Positions 9,183 through 18,669 of a stretch of 64,000 bases of DNA are shown piece after piece. This DNA is from Candidatus Omnitrophota bacterium (GTDB lineage Bacteria > Omnitrophota > Gorgyraeia > Gygaellales > Profunditerraquicolaceae), in assembly GCA_041651115.1 (NCBI GenBank), contig JBAZJY010000001.1:517165-581164 (forward strand). Direction: 5' to 3'. The notes beneath the pieces are model-generated. The model was not told where the DNA came from. It ran no database searches and saw only the letters and a program-made list of their open reading frames with translations. A program made the position numbers and the translations under genes. Positions within the stretch are counted from its first letter, which is position 1. Every line of letters begins with the position of its first letter.

Positions 9183-10475
9183 ATGGAATTAAGGCAAAAA
9201 ATTGAACTAAGAAAGCACCTTATTCCAGAGCTCAGCCAATCTCTTAATATTCTTGCCCTGCCTTTGTTTGAGGTCCAAAACCTCATTGCTGAAGAACTGG
9301 AAAATAACCCCCTGCTGGAAGAACTAAGCCGGCCGGCTAGCCAAAGGTCTAAGCTGGTAGGCCCGGACTGGGACTTCCAAATGGACCTGATCACCCAAAA
9401 ACCCACCCTGCAGGATATGCTGCTCAGGCAGCTGGGCATGTTTACCAATACTGATGAAGAGTTCAGGATCGGCCAGGAAATTATCGGAAATATTGATGAA
9501 CACGGCTACCTGAAAGCCACGCCTGAAGAGCTTTCCGCCAGCCTGAATATGGCCCCGGAAAAGGTAGAAAAAGTCCTAAAATTGGTGCAGGAATTTGAAC
9601 CTGCGGGAGTCTGCGCCAGGACGCTTTCTGAATGCCTGCTGATCCAGCTAAGGCTATCCAACCAGGATGACCCCCTGCTATTAAAGATCGTAGAATGCCA
9701 CCTTGAGGACCTTGCTAAGAAGAATTACAGCCATATTGCCAAAAGCCTCAAAACCCCCCAGGAAACCCTTGAGCCGCTGATAAAAAAGATCCTCAAACTT
9801 GACCCCAAACCCGGCAGCAACTACTCTCCGCAAGAAGTCCAGCGCGTTATCCCGGATATCTTTATAGACACCCAGGATGAAGAAGAAACCTTAGAAATCA
9901 GCATAAATAACGAAGACATCCCCAGCCTTGCCATTAGCAAAGATTACCGCAAAATGCTCAAAAATAGCGATACGGACAGCAAGACTAAGGAGTTTCTCAC
10001 GGCAAAGCTGCAAAATGCTATGGAACTACTACGGGCGCTTTCAAGAAGGCAGGATACGCTAAGAAAGATCGTGGAAGCGGTTGCGGAGATCCAAAAAGAA
10101 GCAATGACCGAAGACTTATCGCGGCTTAAGCCCCTTACTTTTAGCGAAGTAGCAGAAAAGATCGGTATGCACGAATCAACCGTATGCCGGGCAGTAATGA
10201 ATAAATACGTGAAAACGCCTTACGCGGTAGTGGCGCTAAAGGATTTCTTCACCAGCCACGTGCACAACCAGGACGGCGAATCGGTTTCTTCAAATTTTGT
10301 GAAAAGGCAGATCAAAGAATTGATTGATGGGGAAAATAAAAAGCAGCCGCTGAGTGATGATGATCTTGCAAAACTTTTATCAGAAAAAAACAACCTGAAA
10401 GTTGCCCGCCGCACAGTTGCCAAATACCGCGAAGAACTCAAAATCTTGTCTTCTATCTACCGAAAAGAAAGGTAA
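9183..10475 (+). CDS. rpoN: RNA polymerase sigma-54 factor
   Basis: C-terminal RpoN box ARRTVAKYRE; HTH; glutamine/leucine-rich N-terminus; start moved to MELRQK (9183) to clear the upstream hairpin. Confidence 0.9.
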   Translation: MELRQKIELRKHLIPELSQSLNILALPLFEVQNLIAEELENNPLLEELSRPASQRSKLVGPDWDFQMDLITQKPTLQDMLLRQLGMFTNTDEEFRIGQEIIGNIDEHGYLKATPEELSASLNMAPEKVEKVLKLVQEFEPAGVCARTLSECLLIQLRLSNQDDPLLLKIVECHLEDLAKKNYSHIAKSLKTPQETLEPLIKKILKLDPKPGSNYSPQEVQRVIPDIFIDTQDEEETLEISINNEDIPSLAISKDYRKMLKNSDTDSKTKEFLTAKLQNAMELLRALSRRQDTLRKIVEAVAEIQKEAMTEDLSRLKPLTFSEVAEKIGMHESTVCRAVMNKYVKTPYAVVALKDFFTSHVHNQDGESVSSNFVKRQIKELIDGENKKQPLSDDDLAKLLSEKNNLKVARRTVAKYREELKILSSIYRKER

Positions 10476-10500
10476 AAAGTAGGGACAGACACTACTTTTT
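10474..10500. repeat. third copy of the GTAGGGACAGACACTAC element (self-complementary AAAAAGTAG/CTACTTTTT ends) between convergent rpoN and the activator gene
   Basis: Identical 27-mer to 9099-9125; overlaps the stop codons of both flanking genes; plausible bidirectional terminator hairpin. Confidence 0.7.
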
Positions 10501-11910
10501 ATTCAGCAGATCAAAATGCCGCATCTTCTTATAAAGCGTGGTGCGGTTGATGCCTAATTTCTTCGCGGCTTCATTCCTATTCCACTTCACCGAATCTAAG
10601 GCCCTGACCAACAGGTCTCTCTCCGGCTCTTTTAAGGCATCTTTAAGCTTACAGCTGTCATATTCATCACCACCGCTATGCGGCATAGGATGCTTATGTT
10701 TAAGGCCATACAGGGGTTCCGGCAGGTCGTGCGGATTGATTACCGGGCCCTTGGTCAAAATAACCGCCCGTTCAATCACATTTTCCAGTTCCCGGACATT
10801 GCCCGGCCAATTATACTGCGTCAAAAGAGCAAGCGCCTCGCTTGATACGCACTCAATCTTGCGCTTGGTATTCTTAGAAAACTTCTTTATAAAATCCTCA
10901 AGCAGGAGCGGAATATCTTCCTTGCGTTCGCGTAAAGGCGGAACATCAACAGAGATAATATTCAGGCGATAATAAAGGTCTTTACGGAACTTACCCTGGG
11001 CGATCAGATCCATAAGACTCTGGTTCGTAGAGGCAATTACCCGCACATCCACCTTTATTGTCTTGGTATCTCCTACCCTCTCAAACTCCCCTTCCTGCAA
11101 AACCCGCAATAACTTGACCTGCAAGGCAGGCGAAAAGGCGTCAATTTCATCCAAAAATATCGTCCCGCCGTTAGCTAGCTCAAAACGGCCGATCCTATCC
11201 TTTATTGCCCCGGTAAACGCTCCCTTTACATGGCCGAACAATTCGCTCTCAAGCAGGGTCTCGGTGAGCGCGCCGCAGCTTACTTCCACAAACGGCTTAG
11301 CCTTCTCTATCTCATTACAATGATGAATAGCATGGGCGATCATGCGCTTACCTGTGCCGGTTTCTCCGTGGATAAGCACAGTTGCCCGCGTGCCGGACAC
11401 TGCCTCAATCAAAGAATAGATCTTCTGCATGCTCGGGCTTTTACCTACAATATTATGAAAATTTTCCCGGCAGGAATGCGAAAGTTGCTCTTTAAGTTTT
11501 ATGTTTTCTTCCGCGATATCGCGTTGCTTAAACAATCGCTCAATAACGATCTTTATTTCGTTATCCACAATCGGCTTGGCAATGTAATCGTAAGCGCCTT
11601 CTTTCATAATTTCTACGGCAGATTCTATGCTGGCTTGGCCGGTAATAAGTATAACCGGGATTTTAAGTTTGGCGGACTTGATGTGCTTTAATAACTGCAG
11701 GCCGTCCATATGCGGCATCTTGATGTCGCTAATCACCAGATCCACCGGACTTTCATGCAGCGCAGCCATGGCTTCCTTGCCGTTTGCAACAGTTTTCACG
11801 CTGTAGCCTGTATGGCTAAGCAATTCGCCAAGCGAATTCCTTACCAATGGCTCATCATCAACTATCAGGATATGAAACCTGCCGTTAGAATCAGAATTAC
11901 GCATTTTCAA
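10492..11910 (-). CDS. sigma-54-dependent Fis-family response regulator (NtrC family; PrsR-like)
   Basis: Receiver domain (ILIVDDEP), AAA+ domain with GETGTGK Walker A and GAFTGA sigma-54 contact motif, C-terminal Fis HTH. Confidence 0.85.
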   Translation of the reverse strand: MKMRNSDSNGRFHILIVDDEPLVRNSLGELLSHTGYSVKTVANGKEAMAALHESPVDLVISDIKMPHMDGLQLLKHIKSAKLKIPVILITGQASIESAVEIMKEGAYDYIAKPIVDNEIKIVIERLFKQRDIAEENIKLKEQLSHSCRENFHNIVGKSPSMQKIYSLIEAVSGTRATVLIHGETGTGKRMIAHAIHHCNEIEKAKPFVEVSCGALTETLLESELFGHVKGAFTGAIKDRIGRFELANGGTIFLDEIDAFSPALQVKLLRVLQEGEFERVGDTKTIKVDVRVIASTNQSLMDLIAQGKFRKDLYYRLNIISVDVPPLRERKEDIPLLLEDFIKKFSKNTKRKIECVSSEALALLTQYNWPGNVRELENVIERAVILTKGPVINPHDLPEPLYGLKHKHPMPHSGGDEYDSCKLKDALKEPERDLLVRALDSVKWNRNEAAKKLGINRTTLYKKMRHFDLLNKK

Positions 11911-13063
11911 AATAAGTTTTGGGGATTATGACCGTGAATTTCGTGCCCTTGCCTAAAGTGCTTTGCACGTTGATGTGGCTTCCGTACCTGCTTATGATCT
12001 CCTGGCAGATCGCCAGGCCAAGGCCAGTGCCTTTATCCGCCTTCTTGGTAGTAAAGAACGGCTCAAAGATGCGGTCTAATAATTCAGGGGATATGCCTGC
12101 GCCGGTGTCTTGAAAGCTAACCTCAAGAGACATGCCATTCAGGCGAGTAGAAACCTCAAGCTGGCCGCCGGAAGGCATGGCATCCAGCGCGTTCTTTATG
12201 AGATTGGTGAACACATGCGCCAACCCCATATCCAATATCCGGGGCAAGCCATGGCCGTATTCTTTTTTTATCGTAATATTCGCATTTAATTTTGTGGAAA
12301 GCGCGCCTAAAGAATCATCAAGCAACTGATGCGGATCAACGCATAAGCGTTTATCCGCGCTTGAAGCATCGGAGTGACGGGAAAATTGCAGCAGCGATTT
12401 TGTAATGCCGGCAATACGGCTTAATCCGGATTTTACTTCCAAAACATATTCCTTTGCTCCGGGGTTGCCTTCTATCTTTTCCAACAGCATATTCGTATAT
12501 CTGATGATGCCATCAAGCGGGCTGTTTATTTCATGGATAGCTCCGGCAGCAAGCTTTCCCACGGAAGCATATTTTTCCTTTGATTCAATGTAATTGTTAA
12601 GGCTGTCGGCAACGCAAGCCGCGTATTTGGCGATCGCGTAGGCGACTTTCAGGTCTTCTTCCGAAAACGGCTTTCCGTTGGATTTATCCGTGAGATTGAT
12701 TAAACCAAGCAGGCCGCAGCGCCCGGAAACCGGTATGGAAATAAAGGAATTCGTGTGGTAATGCTTGTAGCCGTTGCGCCGAAAACGCGAATCCGCATTG
12801 ATATTTTTTACGAGCACCGGCTTCTGCATCCCCGCGATCCTGCCGGAAACCCCCTCGCCTACTTTCTGCCTTAAGCCATAGAGGAAAAGGTTGTTTGAAT
12901 TATGGTATTCGTTTAAAACCAGCTCTTTGCGCTGGGAGTCAAATAAAAAAAGCGACCCGCCATCTGCGCCGGTCGCCGACATTATTTCTTTAAGCGCGCT
13001 GCTTAACTGATTTTTCTGGACAGTATTAATTTCGTTCTGGCAGCGGATACTTGTATTGTTCAT
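11897..13063 (-). CDS. sensor histidine kinase with N-terminal GAF domain, no TM segment
   Basis: H-box HEINSPL, N/G boxes (GTGLGLAI); start overlaps the upstream gene. Confidence 0.8.
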   Translation of the reverse strand: MNNTSIRCQNEINTVQKNQLSSALKEIMSATGADGGSLFLFDSQRKELVLNEYHNSNNLFLYGLRQKVGEGVSGRIAGMQKPVLVKNINADSRFRRNGYKHYHTNSFISIPVSGRCGLLGLINLTDKSNGKPFSEEDLKVAYAIAKYAACVADSLNNYIESKEKYASVGKLAAGAIHEINSPLDGIIRYTNMLLEKIEGNPGAKEYVLEVKSGLSRIAGITKSLLQFSRHSDASSADKRLCVDPHQLLDDSLGALSTKLNANITIKKEYGHGLPRILDMGLAHVFTNLIKNALDAMPSGGQLEVSTRLNGMSLEVSFQDTGAGISPELLDRIFEPFFTTKKADKGTGLGLAICQEIISRYGSHINVQSTLGKGTKFTVIIPKTYFENA

Positions 13064-13905
13064 TTTCCCCCAGCCTCCTTTAGTAAGGCCTCTGCTGACT
13101 TAAGGAATCTGCTCTGGGGGTAATCTTTGATCAACTGCTCAAGGACCTGTTTTGCCTTTACGTTATCTTTCAGCTCGTTTTTATAAATCAATGCGATCCT
13201 AAGCAATGCCCCGTCACCGGGAACCTTGCCTTTGAATTTTTCAATCGTGGCGTTAAACGCGGCGATCGCCGCCGGCCAATCCTTAAGCGCCATATAACAC
13301 TGGGCGATCAGCGCCTCGGCTTGATAAGCAGCGGGTGAGCCGGCATATTTATCTGCCAATTGCCGGTAATGCGCAATTGCTTCCTGAAAAGCAGTGATCA
13401 TTTTATCCGGCTGATACTTTATTTTATAATGCTGGGCAATGTAAACCGGGGTGGAAAAACCCCTAAGCGTTAACGGATACTCTTTAATGATTGTCTTATA
13501 TTGCTCCAAAGCCGGGCCCCACTTCCCTTCTATTTCATAAGAATTTCCGGCCAGAAACACGGCTTCCGAACAAATCGCCTGCGACTTACTGTATTTATCC
13601 AGCACTGCCTTTAGCTGAACCCTTGCCTTATCATATTCTTCTTTAACCATGTAAAGTCGGGCAATAACAAATTCTGATTGCAGGGATAGTTGATTATTGG
13701 GAAACTTCTTGATGAAAGCCTGAAATAATCCGGCTACCCTCTCCAGCTCCATCGGCGGAGACGCAGCAGGGTTGGTAAATACCTTTTCTGCCCGTTTCTG
13801 CAGGCCCCAGAAACGCTTTTCAATAGCATATTGGTCATTGCCAAGGCCGGAAAAAATAACCACAGCCAGGAAAATAACAATAAAGACAAGAAATAGTTTT
13901 TTCAT
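13060..13905 (-). CDS. TPR-repeat exported protein
   Basis: Signal peptide plus multiple TPR-like helical repeats; translationally coupled to the kinase. Confidence 0.6.
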   Translation of the reverse strand: MKKLFLVFIVIFLAVVIFSGLGNDQYAIEKRFWGLQKRAEKVFTNPAASPPMELERVAGLFQAFIKKFPNNQLSLQSEFVIARLYMVKEEYDKARVQLKAVLDKYSKSQAICSEAVFLAGNSYEIEGKWGPALEQYKTIIKEYPLTLRGFSTPVYIAQHYKIKYQPDKMITAFQEAIAHYRQLADKYAGSPAAYQAEALIAQCYMALKDWPAAIAAFNATIEKFKGKVPGDGALLRIALIYKNELKDNVKAKQVLEQLIKDYPQSRFLKSAEALLKEAGGK

Positions 13906-14789
13906 TTTGTACCTATTTTTTCTTCATTCATCAAATAAAGGCAGGTTGTAGAAACTGTAACCAGCAAATCTATTACCAGCGAGCTAATAAGGCTGCCTAA
14001 GATCAAAAGCAGTAAAACCGATTCCGGAAAGAACTTAGTGATCAAAATACTGCTCTTAGACTGCAAGATGGATATGGGAATGTAAACAAACATTGGCAGG
14101 CTGACTAATATAAGCGTACGGATGAAGAACTTTCCGAAGAGGCCAAAAGACTTAATCATGGATTTAAAAAGCTTATTCTTTCCAATAATTATGAATGGTA
14201 TCGCATAAACAAAGGCGGCTTGGATAAAAGCCGCAAGTATGAAATTCAGGCACAACAAACCCGGCCCTAACCAAAGCTTTGCCCCAACGAAAAAAAGCCG
14301 TTGGCGGCCGCTGACAAAATATTTTACCAAGCCCCACACCGCGAACTTCTGCAGAAAATAGAATAATAAGGTAAAGATAAGCACAATTGCGAAAAGGTCA
14401 AAATAGCGTTTTAGTGAAGCCTTGAAAGAATCCTTTAGGTGAATTTGTTTCTTATTATAAACATCGGAAATCATTGCCACTGCCATACCGGTCAGTAAAG
14501 AGCCAAAAACTACTCCAATTACCATCCGGCTAAGCGAAGAAAGCTGTGACAATAAAAGAAAATTCATTGGATAATGCAAGAACTCTTCACCCCAGAAAGT
14601 ACGAATAGGCGGGCCAAAAAGCAGCTTTAGCGGCATGCGCGGCGCCAGGTAAAGGACGGCTAAAGAGATGAAATCAAAAATGAAAAAGATGAAGAAAGGA
14701 ATAAAAATGGCAGAATTCTTCCGGAGATAGCCGATTGCTGCGGCATATACCTTGCCTGTTGATAACGGATCGGATTTTTTAGATTTCAT
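13902..14789 (-). CDS. polytopic membrane protein, hypothetical
   Basis: Six or more hydrophobic segments; first gene of the membrane protein / TPR / HK / RR operon. Confidence 0.45.
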   Translation of the reverse strand: MKSKKSDPLSTGKVYAAAIGYLRKNSAIFIPFFIFFIFDFISLAVLYLAPRMPLKLLFGPPIRTFWGEEFLHYPMNFLLLSQLSSLSRMVIGVVFGSLLTGMAVAMISDVYNKKQIHLKDSFKASLKRYFDLFAIVLIFTLLFYFLQKFAVWGLVKYFVSGRQRLFFVGAKLWLGPGLLCLNFILAAFIQAAFVYAIPFIIIGKNKLFKSMIKSFGLFGKFFIRTLILVSLPMFVYIPISILQSKSSILITKFFPESVLLLLILGSLISSLVIDLLVTVSTTCLYLMNEEKIGTK

Positions 14790-14838
14790 TCAGGTTTACC
14801 TTAGGAGTGTTTACTTTTTTATACACAACGGACTCAAA

Positions 14839-14865
14839 GTATAACATTTTTAAACGTTTTGTCAA
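14839..14865 (-). promoter_or_regulatory. sigma-70-like promoter TTGACA-N17-TATACT on the minus strand for the membrane/TPR/HK/RR operon
   Basis: Minus-strand TTGACA (+14860-14865), a 17-nt spacer, TATACT (+14839-14844); about 50 nt upstream of the start at 14789. Confidence 0.45.
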
Positions 14866-14902
14866 GGGTGAAAGGGCTTATTTTTACTGCGGTTAGAATA
14901 AA

Positions 14903-14941
14903 AAAAGGGGTAAATCATTTTGTGATTTACCCCCCTTTTTC
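14903..14941 (-). terminator. rho-independent terminator downstream of the PEP-CTERM gene array
   Basis: ggggtaaatca...tgatttacccc hairpin followed by a T-run on the minus strand. Confidence 0.55.
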
Positions 14942-15000
14942 GGCACTTTCGAAAATGCACCTATTAGGGGGCATTTCAGAAGTTATTTAAGAAGAAAAGC

Positions 15001-15612
15001 TTAAGCTTTCTTTCTTCCTAATCCAAATAACCCTAAAATACCCATACCTAATAACACCATGCTGCTCGGTTCAGGAGTTGCCGGAGCATACGTCTTGATA
15101 GTGGCGATACCGCCATCTATAAGCTGTGTGCTGCCCCATGTGTAGTTCTTAGCGTTAGTCTGCACCCAAAAAACCGGTGAAGTCTCGCCCGGATCAACCT
15201 CCAGACCTGCTGGATGATTGAAGCCGATTGTACCGCCGGAAGAATTTCTTTCCATCTCCCAGTTAGCCACTAAGACGTCAACATCAGTAGTGAAACCTGA
15301 AAAGTTGGTAATTGACATCCTATGGATTGCATCTCTACCAGCAACTAGATCATTATCGAATTGATATGTAAAGAGCATCCCAGTGTCATTTTTGAAAACC
15401 TGCTGGGTTAATGTGCCGGTGAACATTATGTTCGTCAGCGCATCTACGCCAGTGAAGTCTTCCACGAGCGTAAAAAGCAAAGTCCCGCTCGGCACAGCCG
15501 CTCCGGTTGAAAGAGAATCTCCTGCTCCCGGCATAAGCGAAACTGCTTGCGCGGATGCGGAAATACCTAAGACCAAAGCGCACATCACGATTGCTATTAA
15601 TAACTTCTTCAT
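15001..15612 (-). CDS. PEP-CTERM sorting-domain protein
   Basis: Signal peptide; C-terminal TPEPSSMVLLGMGILGLFGLGRKKA (PEP motif + TM + basic tail); SD GGAGGTGAAAC upstream. Confidence 0.8.
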   Translation of the reverse strand: MKKLLIAIVMCALVLGISASAQAVSLMPGAGDSLSTGAAVPSGTLLFTLVEDFTGVDALTNIMFTGTLTQQVFKNDTGMLFTYQFDNDLVAGRDAIHRMSITNFSGFTTDVDVLVANWEMERNSSGGTIGFNHPAGLEVDPGETSPVFWVQTNAKNYTWGSTQLIDGGIATIKTYAPATPEPSSMVLLGMGILGLFGLGRKKA

Positions 15613-15665
15613 TTTTGTGTTTCACCTCCCTCTTTGTAATATTTTTGCTGCTAAAAAGAGAAAAA

Positions 15666-16271
15666 TTAAGCTTTTCTCCTTTTAATGCCAAACAACCCTA
15701 AAGCACCCATCCCTAGCAATACCAAACTTGCCGGTTCGGGAGTAGCTACGGGGTCTATCTTGTTAACTATAAGGTTGTCAATTTCAGTTTCACCTGTCCA
15801 GTTATCGTGAAAATACAATTCATATACCGGAGAGGCAAAAGTGTAAGTGCTAAGATGACCACTTACATTTTGGTTATTGGATGGTGTGTTATTAAGAAAA
15901 AACTCAACCCCATCGGCTTCTGCATGGAAAGTCAAATCCTGTTCTCTAGCCCAGTCAAATTCAACCGAACTGATTGGATCAGCAAACTGGATGCGAAATC
16001 CATGTATAACCCCTTGTCCGCCGACAGTCGCGTTTTCAATGTGTCCGTCAGGACCTAAAAGGTCACCTTCATTGGTCGGGCTCGATTCAGCTCCTATAAC
16101 GGTTACCGTAGAGCCATACAATGTGGACATATAGGTTCCAATGGCTGCCGCGTTAGAATTAGCAAGTAGGGCGGGAGCATTGAAATCAAATGTCACCAAT
16201 GTAGCATGCGCTGTTCCGGCAAAACCGAAAGCAAAACAAACAGCCGCTAAAATTACTAACAGTTTCTTCAT
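15666..16271 (-). CDS. PEP-CTERM sorting-domain protein
   Basis: C-terminal ATPEPASLVLLGMGALGLFGIKRRKA; signal peptide; strong SD. Confidence 0.8.
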   Translation of the reverse strand: MKKLLVILAAVCFAFGFAGTAHATLVTFDFNAPALLANSNAAAIGTYMSTLYGSTVTVIGAESSPTNEGDLLGPDGHIENATVGGQGVIHGFRIQFADPISSVEFDWAREQDLTFHAEADGVEFFLNNTPSNNQNVSGHLSTYTFASPVYELYFHDNWTGETEIDNLIVNKIDPVATPEPASLVLLGMGALGLFGIKRRKA

Positions 16272-16275
16272 TTTT

Positions 16276-17001
16276 TTATTTCACCTCCTTCGTTTTATTG
16301 ATTTTATTATCGCGTTTACCGCGTAATAAGCCTATTCCCAGCAAGCCTAACCCCAGCAGCGAGACGCTGGCGGGTTCAGGCGATGCAGGGTTAAGATGAA
16401 CGATCATGTCTTGATAATCTGTATCATTATTCCCGGACAGGCTTAAATCTTCAAAACAAATCAGGTATCCGTAATATTGGCTGCCGAATTGCGAATAGCC
16501 GCTCAAATCAAATACTATTGCCTGAAGATTATCATTCAAATTATCAGCGGTATTCGTATAATAATAATTTCCGCTGCCATTGGCATCTATCCAAAAACCA
16601 AGGCTGTTTGCATTGTTGAAATTGGCGCTTGCACTGATCGAATCAGGACCGCTAAAAATTTCTGTCGAGAGCTGTCCATCATACCAGCCAAAACGGTTAT
16701 TATTTTTATAGCCTGCGACTTCCGCTATAATCTCGGCAGAATATCCGTGCGCTGCCTGCCACAAAGTATCTTTATAAACACCGTAGCTACCCGATGTCCC
16801 TAATCCAGAAACGTCATTGTAAACATCCTGCGCCAAGGCAGTATAGCCGGCAGAAGATAAAACCGACCAGAGCTCGGAATGATCCCATGACGCGCCGTAG
16901 TTACCATTCAGGGATATCGGAGTTCCGGAAAAACTCGCGAACGCTATCTGCGATAATCCGATAACCAGGCCGATAACTAATATAATGATGCGATTTTTCA
17001 T
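16276..17001 (-). CDS. PEP-CTERM sorting-domain protein
   Basis: C-terminal SPEPASVSLLGLGLLGIGLLRGKRD; signal peptide; Gly/Ser/Tyr/Asn-rich body. Confidence 0.8.
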   Translation of the reverse strand: MKNRIIILVIGLVIGLSQIAFASFSGTPISLNGNYGASWDHSELWSVLSSAGYTALAQDVYNDVSGLGTSGSYGVYKDTLWQAAHGYSAEIIAEVAGYKNNNRFGWYDGQLSTEIFSGPDSISASANFNNANSLGFWIDANGSGNYYYTNTADNLNDNLQAIVFDLSGYSQFGSQYYGYLICFEDLSLSGNNDTDYQDMIVHLNPASPEPASVSLLGLGLLGIGLLRGKRDNKINKTKEVK

Positions 17002-17618
17002 TATTTTTTTCTTTTTAAACCGAACAATCCTAATAAACCTAATCCCAGCAGCGAAACGCTGGCAGGTTCAGGAGTGGCTGCGGTAGTAATGGTAAACGAA
17101 ACACCTGTGTTATAATAGTGGCAATCCGGATCAACACCAAAACCAAAATTAGCCCTATTCGATGCGTGCGGTGAGTTAATATAGCTGGTAAGCTCATCAA
17201 GTAAGCCCAGGGAAGCAAAATCATAAACCAGGTTAAACCCGGTTGCACTGCCACCTGCGGGATCAGACCAGACGCCGACTAATGTACCCTGCCCATTGAA
17301 ATAATCGCCGTTGCCATCCGAGCCTGACCTTACGCCGGTTCTCGGATTATCCAAAAGATGGACATACAAATGATCCTCATTTACGCCGGATTCATTTGTC
17401 CAGTCCCAAATATTATTGAAGGTGAGCGTAGCTCCGGTGATCTTCTGGCCTGCAGGAATATTGTTCCAATTGATTCCCCAGGTATAATAGTGGCCATGGT
17501 CAAGATCGCCTAAGTCAACAGGGTTTGGGGCAAAGGTGTATGTATTCGCATGAGCTAAATTAACAAAACCAAAACTTAATAAAACCGCCAATAACAGAAA
17601 CTTGGTCCTCGTAATCAT
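17001..17618 (-). CDS. PEP-CTERM sorting-domain protein
   Basis: C-terminal TPEPASVSLLGLGLLGLFGLKRKK; signal peptide. Confidence 0.8.
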   Translation of the reverse strand: MITRTKFLLLAVLLSFGFVNLAHANTYTFAPNPVDLGDLDHGHYYTWGINWNNIPAGQKITGATLTFNNIWDWTNESGVNEDHLYVHLLDNPRTGVRSGSDGNGDYFNGQGTLVGVWSDPAGGSATGFNLVYDFASLGLLDELTSYINSPHASNRANFGFGVDPDCHYYNTGVSFTITTAATPEPASVSLLGLGLLGLFGLKRKK

Positions 17619-18334
17619 TTTTTTCTCCTTATCCCAAGTAGTCCTAACAATCCTATACCTAATAACGAAATACTCGCAGGTTCAGGCGTTACCGATCCTT
17701 TTACATAATCGTTTGCGCAGGTAGCAGTAGCGTAATGCACGTTGAACGCGCTATCATTAAAGCCGTTTGATCCGGTAATATCAAACTGCGCGCGAATGAC
17801 AAAATCCGGTATGCCGTTAAATCTATCGTGCGTTAAATCGTTCCAGTATCTGGCAACGCTGGACGAATTTGCCAATAGGCTTCCGGAAGCTATGGTTACT
17901 ATCTGATTGGTATTATAGGTGAGGCCAGCTACGGCATAGTGATTAGACAAAAACCAATTATTAACGTTGTATAAGCTGCCAGCTATCAAACCGTCGTGTG
18001 ACGTAACCGCAAGGCCGTATTCATAAATACCATCTGAATCCGCATCTATTGCCAAATCGCCGGGAAATGTTTTCCAGCTGCCGACAGTTACGGTTTCATC
18101 CGTAGGATAATTACCATCATTGGGATAATTAGTATAAATATCAAAAGTAAGGTTATTACCGGAACGAAAAACATTAATGCCATAAAGCTCAAAAACTGCA
18201 TCCCCTACCCTGTCAACCGGGCCATTCTGCCAATTAGTAGGATTATCAATAAGGTCATTGATCGTATAGGCAAATGCCATATTGCTTAATGCCAGAAACC
18301 CGATAAAAGCTAATAAAATAATTCTCTTTATCAT
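17615..18334 (-). CDS. PEP-CTERM sorting-domain protein (first gene of the array)
   Basis: C-terminal TPEPASISLLGIGLLGLLGIRRKK; signal peptide. Confidence 0.8.
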   Translation of the reverse strand: MIKRIILLAFIGFLALSNMAFAYTINDLIDNPTNWQNGPVDRVGDAVFELYGINVFRSGNNLTFDIYTNYPNDGNYPTDETVTVGSWKTFPGDLAIDADSDGIYEYGLAVTSHDGLIAGSLYNVNNWFLSNHYAVAGLTYNTNQIVTIASGSLLANSSSVARYWNDLTHDRFNGIPDFVIRAQFDITGSNGFNDSAFNVHYATATCANDYVKGSVTPEPASISLLGIGLLGLLGIRRKK

Positions 18335-18404
18335 TTTTTCTTCTCTTTAGGGTTTTACAAATAGACTTAGAAAGCGGTTTCTTTGCTTCCTATATATGCA
18401 TATA

Positions 18405-18421
18405 TAGCATTTTCCGTGCCA
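18405..18421 (-). promoter_or_regulatory. candidate sigma-54 (-24/-12) promoter TGGCACGGAAAATGCT driving the PEP-CTERM array
   Basis: Minus strand reads TGGCAC-N5-ATGC, with GG and GC at consensus spacing; about 70 nt upstream of the start at 18334; rpoN and an enhancer-binding protein are encoded nearby. Confidence 0.5.
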
Positions 18422-18669
18422 ACTATAAGATTTTATAAAGACTTTTTTAAATTATCTTAAGATTATTGTTTACAACGAGTTGCAGCAAGAAAATTTCTTA
18501 TCTTTTAATAGTGGCAGATTTCCAAAAACGTTGATAAGCGAAGTTGTTTACCAATTTAAACACTACCAGCCTAAAAGCATATTTTCACCATAACTAATTG
18601 AAAATAAATAACTTACTATAAATACGGAAGTCAACAAAACGTATCTAATTAGCAACGAAAACAAACGTC

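Noticed and set aside
14941-14960. CGGCAC-N9-TGCA resembling a sigma-54 promoter
   Set aside because: GG-to-GC spacing is 15 nt instead of the 12 nt the consensus requires. It was kept out of the feature list.
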